This document shows, piece after piece, positions 20,302 through 29,629 of a DNA stretch of 64,000 bases. Each line of letters begins with the position of its first letter. Position 1 is the stretch's first letter. Below the pieces are notes generated by a model. The model made no database searches. It saw nothing but the letters and a program-made list of their open reading frames with translations, and was not told where the DNA came from. The DNA comes from an uncultured Pseudomonadota bacterium (lineage in GTDB: Bacteria; Oederibacteriota; Muellerivitia; Muellerivitales; Muellerivitaceae). Made by a program: the position numbers and the translations under genes. The stretch lies in contig CAWJKT010000011.1 in NCBI GenBank assembly GCA_963843375.1, positions 320,001 to 384,000 of the forward strand. The letters run 5' to 3'.

Positions 20302-22539
20302 CCGAAACCCCTTCCAGCCCGCCCTTGGTGGAAATTTTCCACGCCTCCAAAACGGGGAACGGTTTTTTCAGCTGGGTCGCCACGGTGGACCATAAACGCA
20401 TCGGCATCCTTTACCTGCTGACCGCCTTCTTTTTTTTCGGCGTGGGCGGGTTGGAAGCGCTAGTGATGCGCCTGCAATTGGCCAGGCCCAACAACCGGCT
20501 GCTTTCCCCGGACGCCTATGACCAGCTTTTCACCATGCATGGAACCACCATGATCTTTTTGGTGGTGATGCCCACCCTTATCGGCCTGGCCAACTATTTT
20601 GTGCCCCTGATGATCGGGGCCCGCGAAATGGCGTTTCCCCGGTTGAATGCTATGGGATACTGGTTTCTTCCTTTCGGCGGCCTGCTTTTGCACTTCAGCC
20701 TTTTGGCGGGGGGAGCCCCCTCGGTGGGATGGTTCAGCTATGCGCCCTTAAGCGAGACACCCTTCGCCTCCAGTCCCGGGGTGGACTACTGGATTTTGGC
20801 CCTCTTCGCGCTCGGGATCGGCTCTATCTCCGCCTCCATCAACCTGATCGCTACCATACTGGCCTTTCGGGCTCCCGGAATGTCCATCCGGCGCCTGCCC
20901 TTGTTCGTGTGGATGGTATTCGTCAATTCCTTCCTACTTATATTGGCCATTCCGGCCTTGAATGCCGCCATTATCATGTTGTTCATCGATCGCCAACTGG
21001 ACGCCCATTATTTCCTTCCATCACACGGCGGCTCGGCCCTGCTCTGGCAGCATTTTTTCTGGACCTTCGGCCATCCCGAGGTCTACATCATGGTCCTGCC
21101 CGCTTTCGGGATCATCTCGGAGGTTATTCCGGTCTTTCGCCCGTAAACCCATCTTCGGCTACGAGTTCGTGGCCGCCTCCACCGTGGCCATCGCCCTGCT
21201 GAGCTTCGGGGTCTGGGCCCACCATATGTTCGCGGTGGGGCTGGGGCAGCCCATGGACATCTTCTTCGCGGCCTCCAGCATGATGATCGCAGTTCCCACG
21301 GGGGTAAAGGTATTCAACTGGAGCGCGACCCTTTGGGGCGGGTCGATCCACCTGACCACCTCCATGCTCTTCGCGGTGGCTTTCCTTTTGCAGTTCACCC
21401 TCGGGGGATTAAGCGGCATCACCTTCGCGGTGGTGCCGATCGATTGGCAGGTCACCGACACCTATTACGTGGTCGCCCATTTCCATTACGTCCTTTTCGG
21501 CGGCTCGCTCTTTCGGCGTGTTTGCGGGCATTTATTATTGGTTTCCCAAGATGACCGGGCGGCTGCTGTCCGAAAGGGTAGGGCAGCTTCATTTCTGGCT
21601 GACGGTCATCGGTTTCAATATGGCTTTTTTCGTCCAGCATTTCCTGGGGCTTATGGGCATGACAAGGCGGGTCTACACTTATCCGAATCTACCAGGTTGG
21701 GGGCTTTTAAACCTCATCTCCACGGTAGGGGCCTTCATCCTGGGCTTATCGGTTTTGGTTTTGGTCTGGAATATAGCGCTCAGCCTGCGACAGGGCGCCC
21801 CGGCGGGGGATAATCCCTGGAATGCCTGGACCCTGGAATGGGCCGCCTCCTCGCCGCCGCTGGAACAAAATTTCGACCAACTGCCTCCCATTCATGGCCG
21901 TCGGCCCCTTTGGGACCTGGTCCATCCCGAAAACCCGGATGAACCCGATGCGTTTCCGGTGAAAAGACCGGAAAGGGACAGAAAAGGGAAAAAAATAAAG
22001 CCGGGCATGATGTGCTTTATCGCTTCCGAGGCGTTTTTTTTCGTCATGCTTTTGATCGCTTATATCTTTTACAATTTTTCCCAACATCCAAACTTGGGCG
22101 CCCAATGGTTGAATCCCTTGAAAACCGGGCATCTTTACCTTTTGTCTTTTGGCCAGCAGTTTAACTTACTGGCGGGCTGAAAAAAGATTTATGTCCCGGT
22201 GACCAAGAGGCTTTATCGCCTGGCTGGCCGCCACCCTGGCGCTTGGTTGCGTCTTCCTGACGGGCCAGGGCCTGGAGTATTTCGAACTTTTCCAGAAAGG
22301 TTTGAGGGCTGGAACCGATCTCTTCAGTGCTTCTTTTTTCATGGTGACGGGTTTACATGGCCTCCATGTTCTGATCGGACTGATCGGTCTTTTGATCATC
22401 TTGGCGTTTGCCCTGGCGGGTGATTTTAAAAAGGGCAAAACCGAAATGGTCAAGACGATGGGCCTCTATTGGCATTTCGTGGACGCGGTTTGGATCGCCG
22501 TCTTTACGACCATTTATCTGGTAGGGGTCACGAACATGA
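20298..22539 (+). CDS. ctaD: A1-type cytochrome c oxidase subunit I fused to a short subunit III (several frameshifts)
   Basis: [30 protein letters not shown]; then [29 protein letters not shown]; pieces 20298-21146, ~21140-21515, 21518-22180, ~22200-22539. Confidence 0.88.
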
Positions 22540-23328
22540 CGACCCGAGAATTCCTTTTATCCGCCTGGGATTGGAATCCTTTACTGACAGCGGCCATTGT
22601 GCCACGGCCCTTCTTCTTTATGGATTGATCTGCCGATGGAAGTTCTCCCGAAAATCAATTTTTTTCCTCGCTGGGTCTGGTTCTTGCTTTTTTTAGCCCT
22701 GGCTTCCCCTATCAACCTTTCCCAAGGGTTATCTTTTCAGCGCCCACATGCTCCAGCATTTTTTACTGGTGTTGATCGTGCCGCCTCTTTTGTTACTGGG
22801 CCTGCCCGTGGCGGGGACCATATCCAGATTCCGGGTGGGCTTTTGCCTTTGGGCAGCCATCCACTGGTTGCCTGGTTTTCGGGGGTGGGCGCCATGTGGT
22901 TTTGGCACGTACCGGCTTTCTGTGATGCGGCGGCTTCGAATGGATCTGTTCATGCCCTCCAGACTTTTTCACTTTTATTCATGGGCGCGATTTTTTGGCG
23001 GCCACTCGTGGGGCCCCGGGTGGAAGAATGGATTCCCCCTCTCCTTGGGATTGTTTATCTTTTTACGGCCTGTATCGCCTGTTCGCTTTTGGGGATATGG
23101 ATCAGCTTCGCTCCCGTGAGTGTTTGCCCGGTTTTTATGAACCCTGTGGACAAGTTGGGCCTTCTGCCGATGATCCGCGGTTGGGGAGTGACCCCCGCTG
23201 CCGACCAGCAAATCGGCGGTCTCTTGATGTGGGTTCCCGCCTGCCTGGTTTACTTGGGCGCCATTCTGGTTCTTTTGCGCCGTTTCTACCGCCCCCGGAA
23301 AAATGAAAAGGAGAAAAATTATGGCTGA
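22536..23328 (+). CDS. ctaG: caa3-type cytochrome c oxidase assembly protein CtaG (frameshifted)
   Basis: W.WNP, ALASP, HMLQH..L..PPLLLLG, WFWHVP, DQQIGGLLMWVP. Confidence 0.8.
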
Positions 23329-23542
23329 AACAAACGATTTCGAGAGGCCCCCCTTGCGGCCCGGATGGACCTTTATTCCTTGCGAAAAATGTCCCGGGCC
23401 AACCATTTGGCCCGCGGCACTGGCTTTGGGAACTGTTCTTCTGCTTTGGGGCTTGGTGACTTCATTCATTATGACGGCCGTGGGTTCGACTCTTTTGGTC
23501 GTCTCCATTGCCGGTTGGTTGGGGGAAATGCGCCATGAATGA
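23321..23542 (+). CDS. Small 2-TM protein (putative oxidase accessory subunit)
   Basis: P.PTIWPAALALG..LLWG..GWLGEMRHE; overlaps both neighbours. Confidence 0.65.
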   Translation: MAETNDFERPPLRPGWTFIPCEKCPGPTIWPAALALGTVLLLWGLVTSFIMTAVGSTLLVVSIAGWLGEMRHE

Positions 23543-24041
23543 GAAAAATCTTCACCAAGTTGTCCGGGAACCGGAGAAGACTTCCCGGCGGACCTTTTTG
23601 GAAAGACTAATTTTAATCCTCGGGGGTTTAATCTCGTTGATGGTGGGCGTGCCTTTGGTGGGGTTTATTTTTAAGCCTCTTTTCAAGGCCTTGCCCCCGG
23701 TTTGGCGCCCTGTCGGCCAAGTGGATACATTCAACATCGGGGAAACCGTGGCCGTAACATTCCTTCAAGCCTCACCCCTGCCCTGGGCGGGGGTCACGGC
23801 TAAGACCGCCGCCTGGTTGAGGCGGGAAAGTGCCGAGGGCTTCACCGCTTTTTCTATCAGTTGCACTCATTTGGGTTGTCCTGTCCGCTGGCGGCCCGAT
23901 GCAGGGTTGTTCATGTGCCCCTGTCACGGCGGGGTCTACTACAAGGACGGAACGGTGGCCGCCGGACCGCCGCCCCATCCATTGCCGCGTTATCCGGCGC
24001 GAGTCAGGGATGACCAGGTTGAGATTTTAGTTAGTCTTTAA
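23535..24041 (+). CDS. Rieske 2Fe-2S protein
   Basis: Tat motif SRRTFL, CTHLGC, CPCHGG, GPPP.PL. Confidence 0.93.
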   Translation: MNEKNLHQVVREPEKTSRRTFLERLILILGGLISLMVGVPLVGFIFKPLFKALPPVWRPVGQVDTFNIGETVAVTFLQASPLPWAGVTAKTAAWLRRESAEGFTAFSISCTHLGCPVRWRPDAGLFMCPCHGGVYYKDGTVAAGPPPHPLPRYPARVRDDQVEILVSL

Positions 24042-24051
24042 AGAGAGAACT

Positions 24052-25473
24052 TTGTTCAAAAAAATATTTGATAAAACTTATCAATGGCTGGAGGACCGCA
24101 CCGGTCTTTTCAGCATGATCGGCCGGATGGCCCGCCATCCCGTGCCCTCCGGTGCCCGCTGGTGGTACGTTTTCGGCAGCGCGACCTTGTGCGCCTTCCT
24201 GATCCAGGTGGCCAGCGGGATCGCCCTGGCCTTGTACTATATCCCTTCCGCGGATGAAGCCTACGTTACCCTTCAAACCATTACCCACGATACGGCCTTC
24301 GGAGGATTCGTCCGCGCTCTTCATTACTACGGTGCTTCCGCGATGGTGCTGATGGTGGGAGCCCACATGGCCCAGGTGTTTCTGCAAGGTTCTTATAAAT
24401 TTCCAAGGGAAATGAACTGGTTGACCGGCATCCTGCTTTTGGGGTTCACTTTGGTGATGGGCTTCACGGGACAAATTCTTCGTTGGGACCAGAACGCGGT
24501 CTGGACGGCGGTAGTTGCCGCCAAACAAGCCGCCCGCGCGCCCCTGGTCGGCAGTTGGCTGTCCATGCTGATACTCGGTGGCCCGACCGTGGGCGGCTCG
24601 ACCTTGAGCCGGATTTTTGTGGTCCATGTCTTCCTCATTCCGGCCCTGGTTTTTGCCTTCGTCGGGCTTCATTTGATGCTGGTCCTGCGCCACGGCATTT
24701 CCGAGCCCCCCCAACCGGGCCGAAAGGTGGACCCGAAAACCTATCGTCATGAATATGAGGACTCACTCAAGAAAGACGGGGTCCCCTTTTGGCCCGATGC
24801 GGCCTGGCGGGACATGGTTTTTGCGGCGGCCATGGTGGTTGGCATCATCCTCTTGGCCCTGGTCTTTGGACCTCCTGAATTGGGACACCCTCCGGATCCC
24901 AGCCTTATCGACGCCAACCCCCGGCCCGACTGGTATTTGATGTGGTATTTCGCGGTGCTGGCCCTTTTGCCTCACGGCATCGAAAGTTTTTTCATGGTTT
25001 TCGCGCCCCTCTTGGCGGGGGTTCTTTTGATTTTACTTCCCTTTATTTCCAACCACGGGGAACGTAGTCCCAGCCGCCGTCCCTGGGCAGCGGGGGCGGT
25101 CCTGATGGTGGTCGTGATGATCGGAGCTTTCTGGTGGGCCGGCGTGAAATCCAACTGGTCGCCCAATTTCAACGTGGAACCCTTACAGGTCAAAGTGGTG
25201 GGCGCAACCAGCGGGCCTATTTTCGAGGGAGCACGTCTTTTTGAGTTGAAGGGTTGTCTCAATTGCCACTTAATCCAGGGATATGGAGGCCGCAGGGGCC
25301 CGGACTTATCAGAAATCGGGGAGAAGCTTTCGGCGGGCCAGATGATTTTGCGCATTTCCAATGGAGCGTCCAATATGCCCGCTTACGCTTCGAGCCTCAC
25401 CCCGGCAGAAATGGACGATCTGGTTGCTTTTTTGCAATCGCGAAAATCAAATTGGAAGGCATCCAAATCATGA
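24052..25473 (+). CDS. Cytochrome b (b6 + subunit IV regions) fused to C-terminal cytochrome c
   Basis: RALHYYGAS, HMAQV, PRE.NW, HVFLIP, GLHLML, PDWY, CLNCH, NMP. Confidence 0.93.
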   Translation: MFKKIFDKTYQWLEDRTGLFSMIGRMARHPVPSGARWWYVFGSATLCAFLIQVASGIALALYYIPSADEAYVTLQTITHDTAFGGFVRALHYYGASAMVLMVGAHMAQVFLQGSYKFPREMNWLTGILLLGFTLVMGFTGQILRWDQNAVWTAVVAAKQAARAPLVGSWLSMLILGGPTVGGSTLSRIFVVHVFLIPALVFAFVGLHLMLVLRHGISEPPQPGRKVDPKTYRHEYEDSLKKDGVPFWPDAAWRDMVFAAAMVVGIILLALVFGPPELGHPPDPSLIDANPRPDWYLMWYFAVLALLPHGIESFFMVFAPLLAGVLLILLPFISNHGERSPSRRPWAAGAVLMVVVMIGAFWWAGVKSNWSPNFNVEPLQVKVVGATSGPIFEGARLFELKGCLNCHLIQGYGGRRGPDLSEIGEKLSAGQMILRISNGASNMPAYASSLTPAEMDDLVAFLQSRKSNWKASKS

Positions 25474-25559
25474 ATGCCTTCATCTCCTTAAATACGTCTA
25501 CCGATTGAACCGTCCACGGAGCACTTTCCCCCACCTTTGGTGGCGATAAGGAGAAACAA
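25309..25559 (+). repeat. 251-bp direct repeat, copy 1 (cyt b 3' end plus DoxX 3' remnant)
   Basis: Ungapped match to 27390-27640, offset 2081, about 18 mismatches by manual count. Confidence 0.95.
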
Positions 25560-25672
25560 GAAGCTTAAAACTTATTTGACGGCAAGTTTAGAAGGAAACG
25601 GATTCTTGAAAGAGTTTTCTAGGCTGGCGGTTTCCGGGCGGGGGCTTTGAAGCGGGCTAATCCGAGTTAAGT

Positions 25673-25702
25673 AAAAACAGGCCGGGAGATTGTCCTGACC
25701 TG
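25673..25702 (-). terminator. Terminator of ice-binding gene 1
   Basis: Minus strand caggtcaggacaatctcccggcctgttttt. Confidence 0.65.
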
Positions 25703-25742
25703 ATCTTACTTAATCAATCCTTCAACGGTTGGGCCCAAGCCC

Positions 25743-26933
25743 TTAGGGTTGGGTGATAGAATTGGACGATAAGGCGACTTGGCCTGACTCCGCCAAAGCA
25801 CGGCCGGTCAGCTCAGCACTGGCGCCCAATGCGATGGAGCTGGCGTCCATGATTGTTCCTACGAATGAGACCGACGCTCCTAGATTGCTGACACCTGCCA
25901 CCTGCCAATAAACGTTGGCGGCTTGTGCTCCCCCGGTCAGGATGACCTGGACCTTGGCGGTGGAGGCAGTAAGGCCCCCCGCGACCTGGAAGATAAAGAA
26001 GGCGCAAGGGTTTCCCTCGGCATCAAGGGTGACATTAGAACCGATATTCAAGACTCCGCTGTCCGCATAAACGCCTGGGAAAAGTGTTTGGCCTCCAATA
26101 TCCGAACCGGCGGTGATGGTGTTAGTGCTGGTCAGATCCGCGGCTTGGGTATAGGCGTTGCTTAAATCCGTTTTCGCTGTGACGGCGGCTGGATCATCCA
26201 CATCCGTAGCCCCCGTACAGGCCACCACGGGCGCTCCTGTAACGGAAGACCCCGGGGACAACCCTAGGCCTCCACAAAGAGTGGTGGTTCCGGTATTGGT
26301 GATGGTGGAGCCGGCCAGGACCACATAATTCGCGGCTGTTCCAAGAGTAATCGGCGAGACACAGGTGCTCGTTGGGGTAGCCGTGGATGTCGCTGACAAG
26401 GACGCTCCAGTGGATGTGGGCGTTGCGGTAGCTGTGGATGAGGCTGACAAGGACGCTTCAGTTGACGTGGGAGTCGAGGTAGTCATAGTTGTCGAACAGG
26501 TTTCGGTCGCCGTGGGTGTTGAGGTCGAGGTGGGTATCGCGGTAATCGTAGATATCACGCACGTTCCGGTTGAGGTGGGTGTTGCCGTCGCTGTGAATGC
26601 GGCCAATGCTACGGTCGACGTGGGTGTTAAAGTCGCCAAGGGCATCGTACAGGTTTCGGTTGCCGTGGGGGTTGCGGTGGCCGTGTACATCACACAGGTT
26701 CCGGTTGCCGTGGAGGTTGCCGTTGCCGTGTACATCACACAGACTCCCGTTGCCGTGGGCGTTGAGGTAGCGGTGGGTGTCACGGACGTTCCGGTTGAGG
26801 TGGGCGTTGCAGTTATACTGGATGCCGGTGGGCCCACTGGACTTGAGGGACCCATGTTTTTAGCGCCGCATCCGACCATCAAAGCGGCTGCAAGCAATGT
26901 GATCAAAACCAAAAAGCCTTTAACTTTTTTCAA
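25743..26933 (-). CDS. Ice-binding family (DUF3494) lipoprotein 1 with long Thr/Cys-repeat stalk
   Basis: Lipobox MVGC; LGTAANYVVLAGSTITNTG, GQTLFPGVY, TLDAEGNP.AFFIFQ, GAQAANVYWQV, GRALA. Confidence 0.92.
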   Translation of the reverse strand: MKKVKGFLVLITLLAAALMVGCGAKNMGPSSPVGPPASSITATPTSTGTSVTPTATSTPTATGVCVMYTATATSTATGTCVMYTATATPTATETCTMPLATLTPTSTVALAAFTATATPTSTGTCVISTITAIPTSTSTPTATETCSTTMTTSTPTSTEASLSASSTATATPTSTGASLSATSTATPTSTCVSPITLGTAANYVVLAGSTITNTGTTTLCGGLGLSPGSSVTGAPVVACTGATDVDDPAAVTAKTDLSNAYTQAADLTSTNTITAGSDIGGQTLFPGVYADSGVLNIGSNVTLDAEGNPCAFFIFQVAGGLTASTAKVQVILTGGAQAANVYWQVAGVSNLGASVSFVGTIMDASSIALGASAELTGRALAESGQVALSSNSITQP

Positions 26934-26998
26934 TTTTTTTCTCCAAAAATATTTTTTTGAATTCCAAGGTTATTCACGAATCCAGGACAGGAGCTAGA

Positions 26999-27012
26999 GC
27001 AAGTAATGTGCC
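26999..27012 (-). promoter_or_regulatory. sigma54 promoter for ice-binding gene 1
   Basis: Minus strand GGCACATTACTTGC. Confidence 0.8.
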
Positions 27013-27218
27013 CCGAAAATGCAAGGCTTAGGACAAATAGGGGATCCCTCTGGATAAACGGAAACACACGTTTAAGCCGATTCTGGTTTTCCATCGCGTC
27101 CTAGGATTGGAGCTGCCCAATCGGAATGATTTGGGTTCATGCAAGCCAAACGGCAAGATGCGCGAAAGTCCAACCCTGGATGAAGAGTAACGTTTTTAAT
27201 GGGATCGTTTGGGAAAGA

Positions 27219-27249
27219 ATCAAAATGAGTTGTGAATTCTAACTTTGAT
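27219..27249. promoter_or_regulatory. Paired-box putative enhancer (degenerate right arm); additional single box at 27120-27130
   Basis: ATCAAAATG-N13-AACTTTGAT; ATCGGAATGAT at 27120. Confidence 0.55.
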
Positions 27250-27389
27250 TTCGTTTAAGGCGAAAGGTGGTCTAGGCAAACCGGATTAAAGGCCGTTTGT
27301 ATCCAAATGGAACAACGAGTACCAGTCTGGACTCCTCAGCGAAACTTTAAAAGAATGGAAAATCCATTCTCGTTCTTTTTTAAGGTTCT

Positions 27390-27640
27390 TCAGAAATCGG
27401 GGAGAAGCTTTCGGCGGGCCGGATGATTTTGCGCGGTTCCAATGGAGCGTCCAATATGTCCGCTTACGCTTCAAGCCTCACCCCGGCAGAAATGGGCGAT
27501 CTGGTGGCATTTTTACAATCGCGAAAATCAAATTGGAAGGCACCCAAGTCATGAATGCCTTCATCTCGTTAAATCCGTCTCTCGATAGAACCGTCCACGG
27601 AGCACTTTCCCCCACCTTTAGTGGCGATAAAGAGAAACAA
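27390..27640 (+). repeat. 251-bp direct repeat, copy 2 (cyt b remnant plus intact DoxX 3' end)
   Basis: Match to 25309-25559. Confidence 0.95.
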
Positions 27641-27991
27641 AAAACAGTAAAGCACCGCCATTTCGCCGTGATTGATGATCGGGAAAAAGTTGTTATCGGA
27701 GGCGAACTTCCAATGAAATTGGAAATAGGCCACCGCCATTTCACCGCTGGCCAGAAACGCGGCCATGGGGGTGAAAAACCCCGCCATAATCAACAGTCCG
27801 CAAAACAACTCAATGAGGCCGCCGAACCAAAGCTCGGAGCCTATCCGGGGCATCATGCTGGGGTCGGTCAACAACCCGAATATCTTCTGGGCTCCATGGA
27901 AGGAAAAAAGGAATCCGGCCACGATTCTCATTAAACTGTAGGCTATCTCCGAATACTTAGAAAATGGATGTATGATTTTTATCATTTGCAC
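27569..27991 (-). CDS. DoxX family membrane protein
   Basis: LMRIVAGFLF..HGAQKIFG, GLIEL, FLASGEMAVAYF, N.GE.AVLYCF; RBS AGGAGG. Confidence 0.92.
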   Translation of the reverse strand: MQMIKIIHPFSKYSEIAYSLMRIVAGFLFSFHGAQKIFGLLTDPSMMPRIGSELWFGGLIELFCGLLIMAGFFTPMAAFLASGEMAVAYFQFHWKFASDNNFFPIINHGEMAVLYCFLFLFIATKGGGKCSVDGSIERRI

Positions 27992-28106
27992 TACCTCCTT
28001 GAATTTTGGTGATTTTTAATTTTTACATAAGATCGTCATGAATCGCCTAAGGTGTGCAAATTGTTTTCAATTTGCATAACCTCCACGGGTGCCTTAAGAG
28101 CACAAG

Positions 28107-28361
28107 CTAGGTGTAATTCTCAAATTCTCCGTCGCTGACACGGGCTACGCGAATATTGTTGACGACTTCGTGCACGCCACCGATTCCCTGAACCAGGGTC
28201 ATGATTTCCCGCTTGCCTTCGAATTCGTTGGTGGTGCCGGACAGGTGAACCACGCCGCCTTTTGCCTGGACATGGATATGCTCCCCCATTTGGCGGATTC
28301 GGTTGTTGATCACGGATTCCAGTTCTACATCGCTTGAGTTCGAATGGGTTTCGTGGGCCAT
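28107..28361 (-). CDS. Single BON-domain (OsmY-like) protein
   Basis: IHVQAKGGVVHLSG..IGGVHEVVNNIRV; RBS GGAGG. Confidence 0.85.
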   Translation of the reverse strand: MAHETHSNSSDVELESVINNRIRQMGEHIHVQAKGGVVHLSGTTNEFEGKREIMTLVQGIGGVHEVVNNIRVARVSDGEFENYT

Positions 28362-28517
28362 TTTTAACCTCCCGGAATTTTCCAGCTTGCTAGATTGGGA
28401 CAACTGATGAAGTTACAAGGTGGAGTTCAAACAAAAGGGCGAAAGCTTTTCGGCCCCGCCCTCCATGAAAACTTCAAAGAACCATTTCCTTAATTGCCCG
28501 GTTCCTTGTGGTTGATT

Positions 28518-28709
28518 TTAATGAATGCCGACCCCAACTCCCAGACTCACGCCACCATGGTTGTGATAATGGCGGTGGTGACGATGGTGATGATGGTACG
28601 GATGCGCCGGAACAACGATGACCGCCCCACCGCGGATATCATCGGCCATTGCGACCCCGGTAACGGTTACAAACAACACGGTCAACAAAACCTTGAATAA
28701 ACTTTTCAT
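28518..28709 (-). CDS. Small secreted His-rich protein
   Basis: RBS AAGGAG; signal peptide ending AMA; HPYHHHHRHHRHYHNH. Confidence 0.75.
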   Translation of the reverse strand: MKSLFKVLLTVLFVTVTGVAMADDIRGGAVIVVPAHPYHHHHRHHRHYHNHGGVSLGVGVGIH

Positions 28710-28748
28710 AATTTCTCCTTGCTTCTTAAACTTCTGGGTTGAGTAAGA

Positions 28749-28762
28749 GCAAGAAACGAGCC
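28749..28762 (-). promoter_or_regulatory. sigma54 promoter
   Basis: Minus strand GGCTCGTTTCTTGC. Confidence 0.82.
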
Positions 28763-28825
28763 GTCCTTTTGTGGGTTATTCAACGGTCTTGGGGAACCTT
28801 GGAAGGATGAATCCCGGTGAAAGGC

Positions 28826-28858
28826 ATCAAAATGAGAGCAGGAGATAACCATTTTGAT
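28826..28858. promoter_or_regulatory. Paired-box putative enhancer
   Basis: ATCAAAATG-N15-CATTTTGAT. Confidence 0.8.
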
Positions 28859-28923
28859 TGGTTTTGGCGTTTGGAATGGGTTTAGGGTTGATCCTGAATG
28901 ATGAAATAACTTGTGGACTCCGA

Positions 28924-29580
28924 TTAAAGCGCCAAGAAGCTCAAGCCCAACTCCAAGGGGATGAAAATCGAAGGGTTGCCCAGGGGAATGCCTAATCCTT
29001 TGGGGGAAGTAAAATCCAGGTCGACCCTTGACTGAAGAAAAATCGCCATGTCACTTGAAAAACGGTAAAGGATTCCCATGCCTGGTGCCAAATAAAAGTC
29101 GGCCTCGGCTTCGCTGATTTTCGGCGCGAGACTTCCGGGGGGGCTGTTTTGGATGTAGGTGTTCAAGGCGATTCCCGCCCCTCCAAAAACATAGGGGCGA
29201 AAAAGACCGTCTCCAAAGGTCAAGCGCAAAATGCCCACCAGGGGAATATAGGCCAAGATGGCGCTGGTAGCGCCCGTGGAGGGAGGGATGTTGTATTGGT
29301 AGTAACCTGTTCCGATAAAAAAACAAATGGTCCTGTCGAGGCGGTAGCCGATGTTGATGTCCCCCCCGAATCCTAAGTTGGGTTCAAGGTTGCCAGTGAA
29401 GGAGGGAATGGAAAAACTGCCGTCGATTTGTTCCACCCATCTTTTATCCTGAGGCAGGCTGGATTGACTTTGGTCCGGACCCGAGACGCTCTGGCTTGGG
29501 TTCGAGTCCAAATCGTTCTGGCCCCTAACGGTGGAAAAGTTCAGAGTCCAAAGGAAAATCACAATGATTAAAAGTTTCAT
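28924..29580 (-). CDS. Outer membrane beta-barrel protein
   Basis: Signal peptide; amphipathic strands, RPYVFGGAG, G.G..YRF, GLSF near the C-terminus. Confidence 0.75.
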   Translation of the reverse strand: MKLLIIVIFLWTLNFSTVRGQNDLDSNPSQSVSGPDQSQSSLPQDKRWVEQIDGSFSIPSFTGNLEPNLGFGGDINIGYRLDRTICFFIGTGYYQYNIPPSTGATSAILAYIPLVGILRLTFGDGLFRPYVFGGAGIALNTYIQNSPPGSLAPKISEAEADFYLAPGMGILYRFSSDMAIFLQSRVDLDFTSPKGLGIPLGNPSIFIPLELGLSFLAL

Positions 29581-29629
29581 TACCTACTCCCGAAAGTATT
29601 CAATGTACCGGAAAAGTAAGCGGCTTCGC

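Noticed and set aside
22500..22630. CoxIII-CtaG translational fusion
   Set aside because: An ATGA overlap at 22536-22539 just after a G run suggests a one-base indel hiding the normal stop/start coupling.
26365..26997. Val-rich antisense ORFs (also 6138-6596, 30845-31111, 32168-32578)
   Set aside because: Shadow frames of Thr-rich stalks (ACN codons read in antisense).
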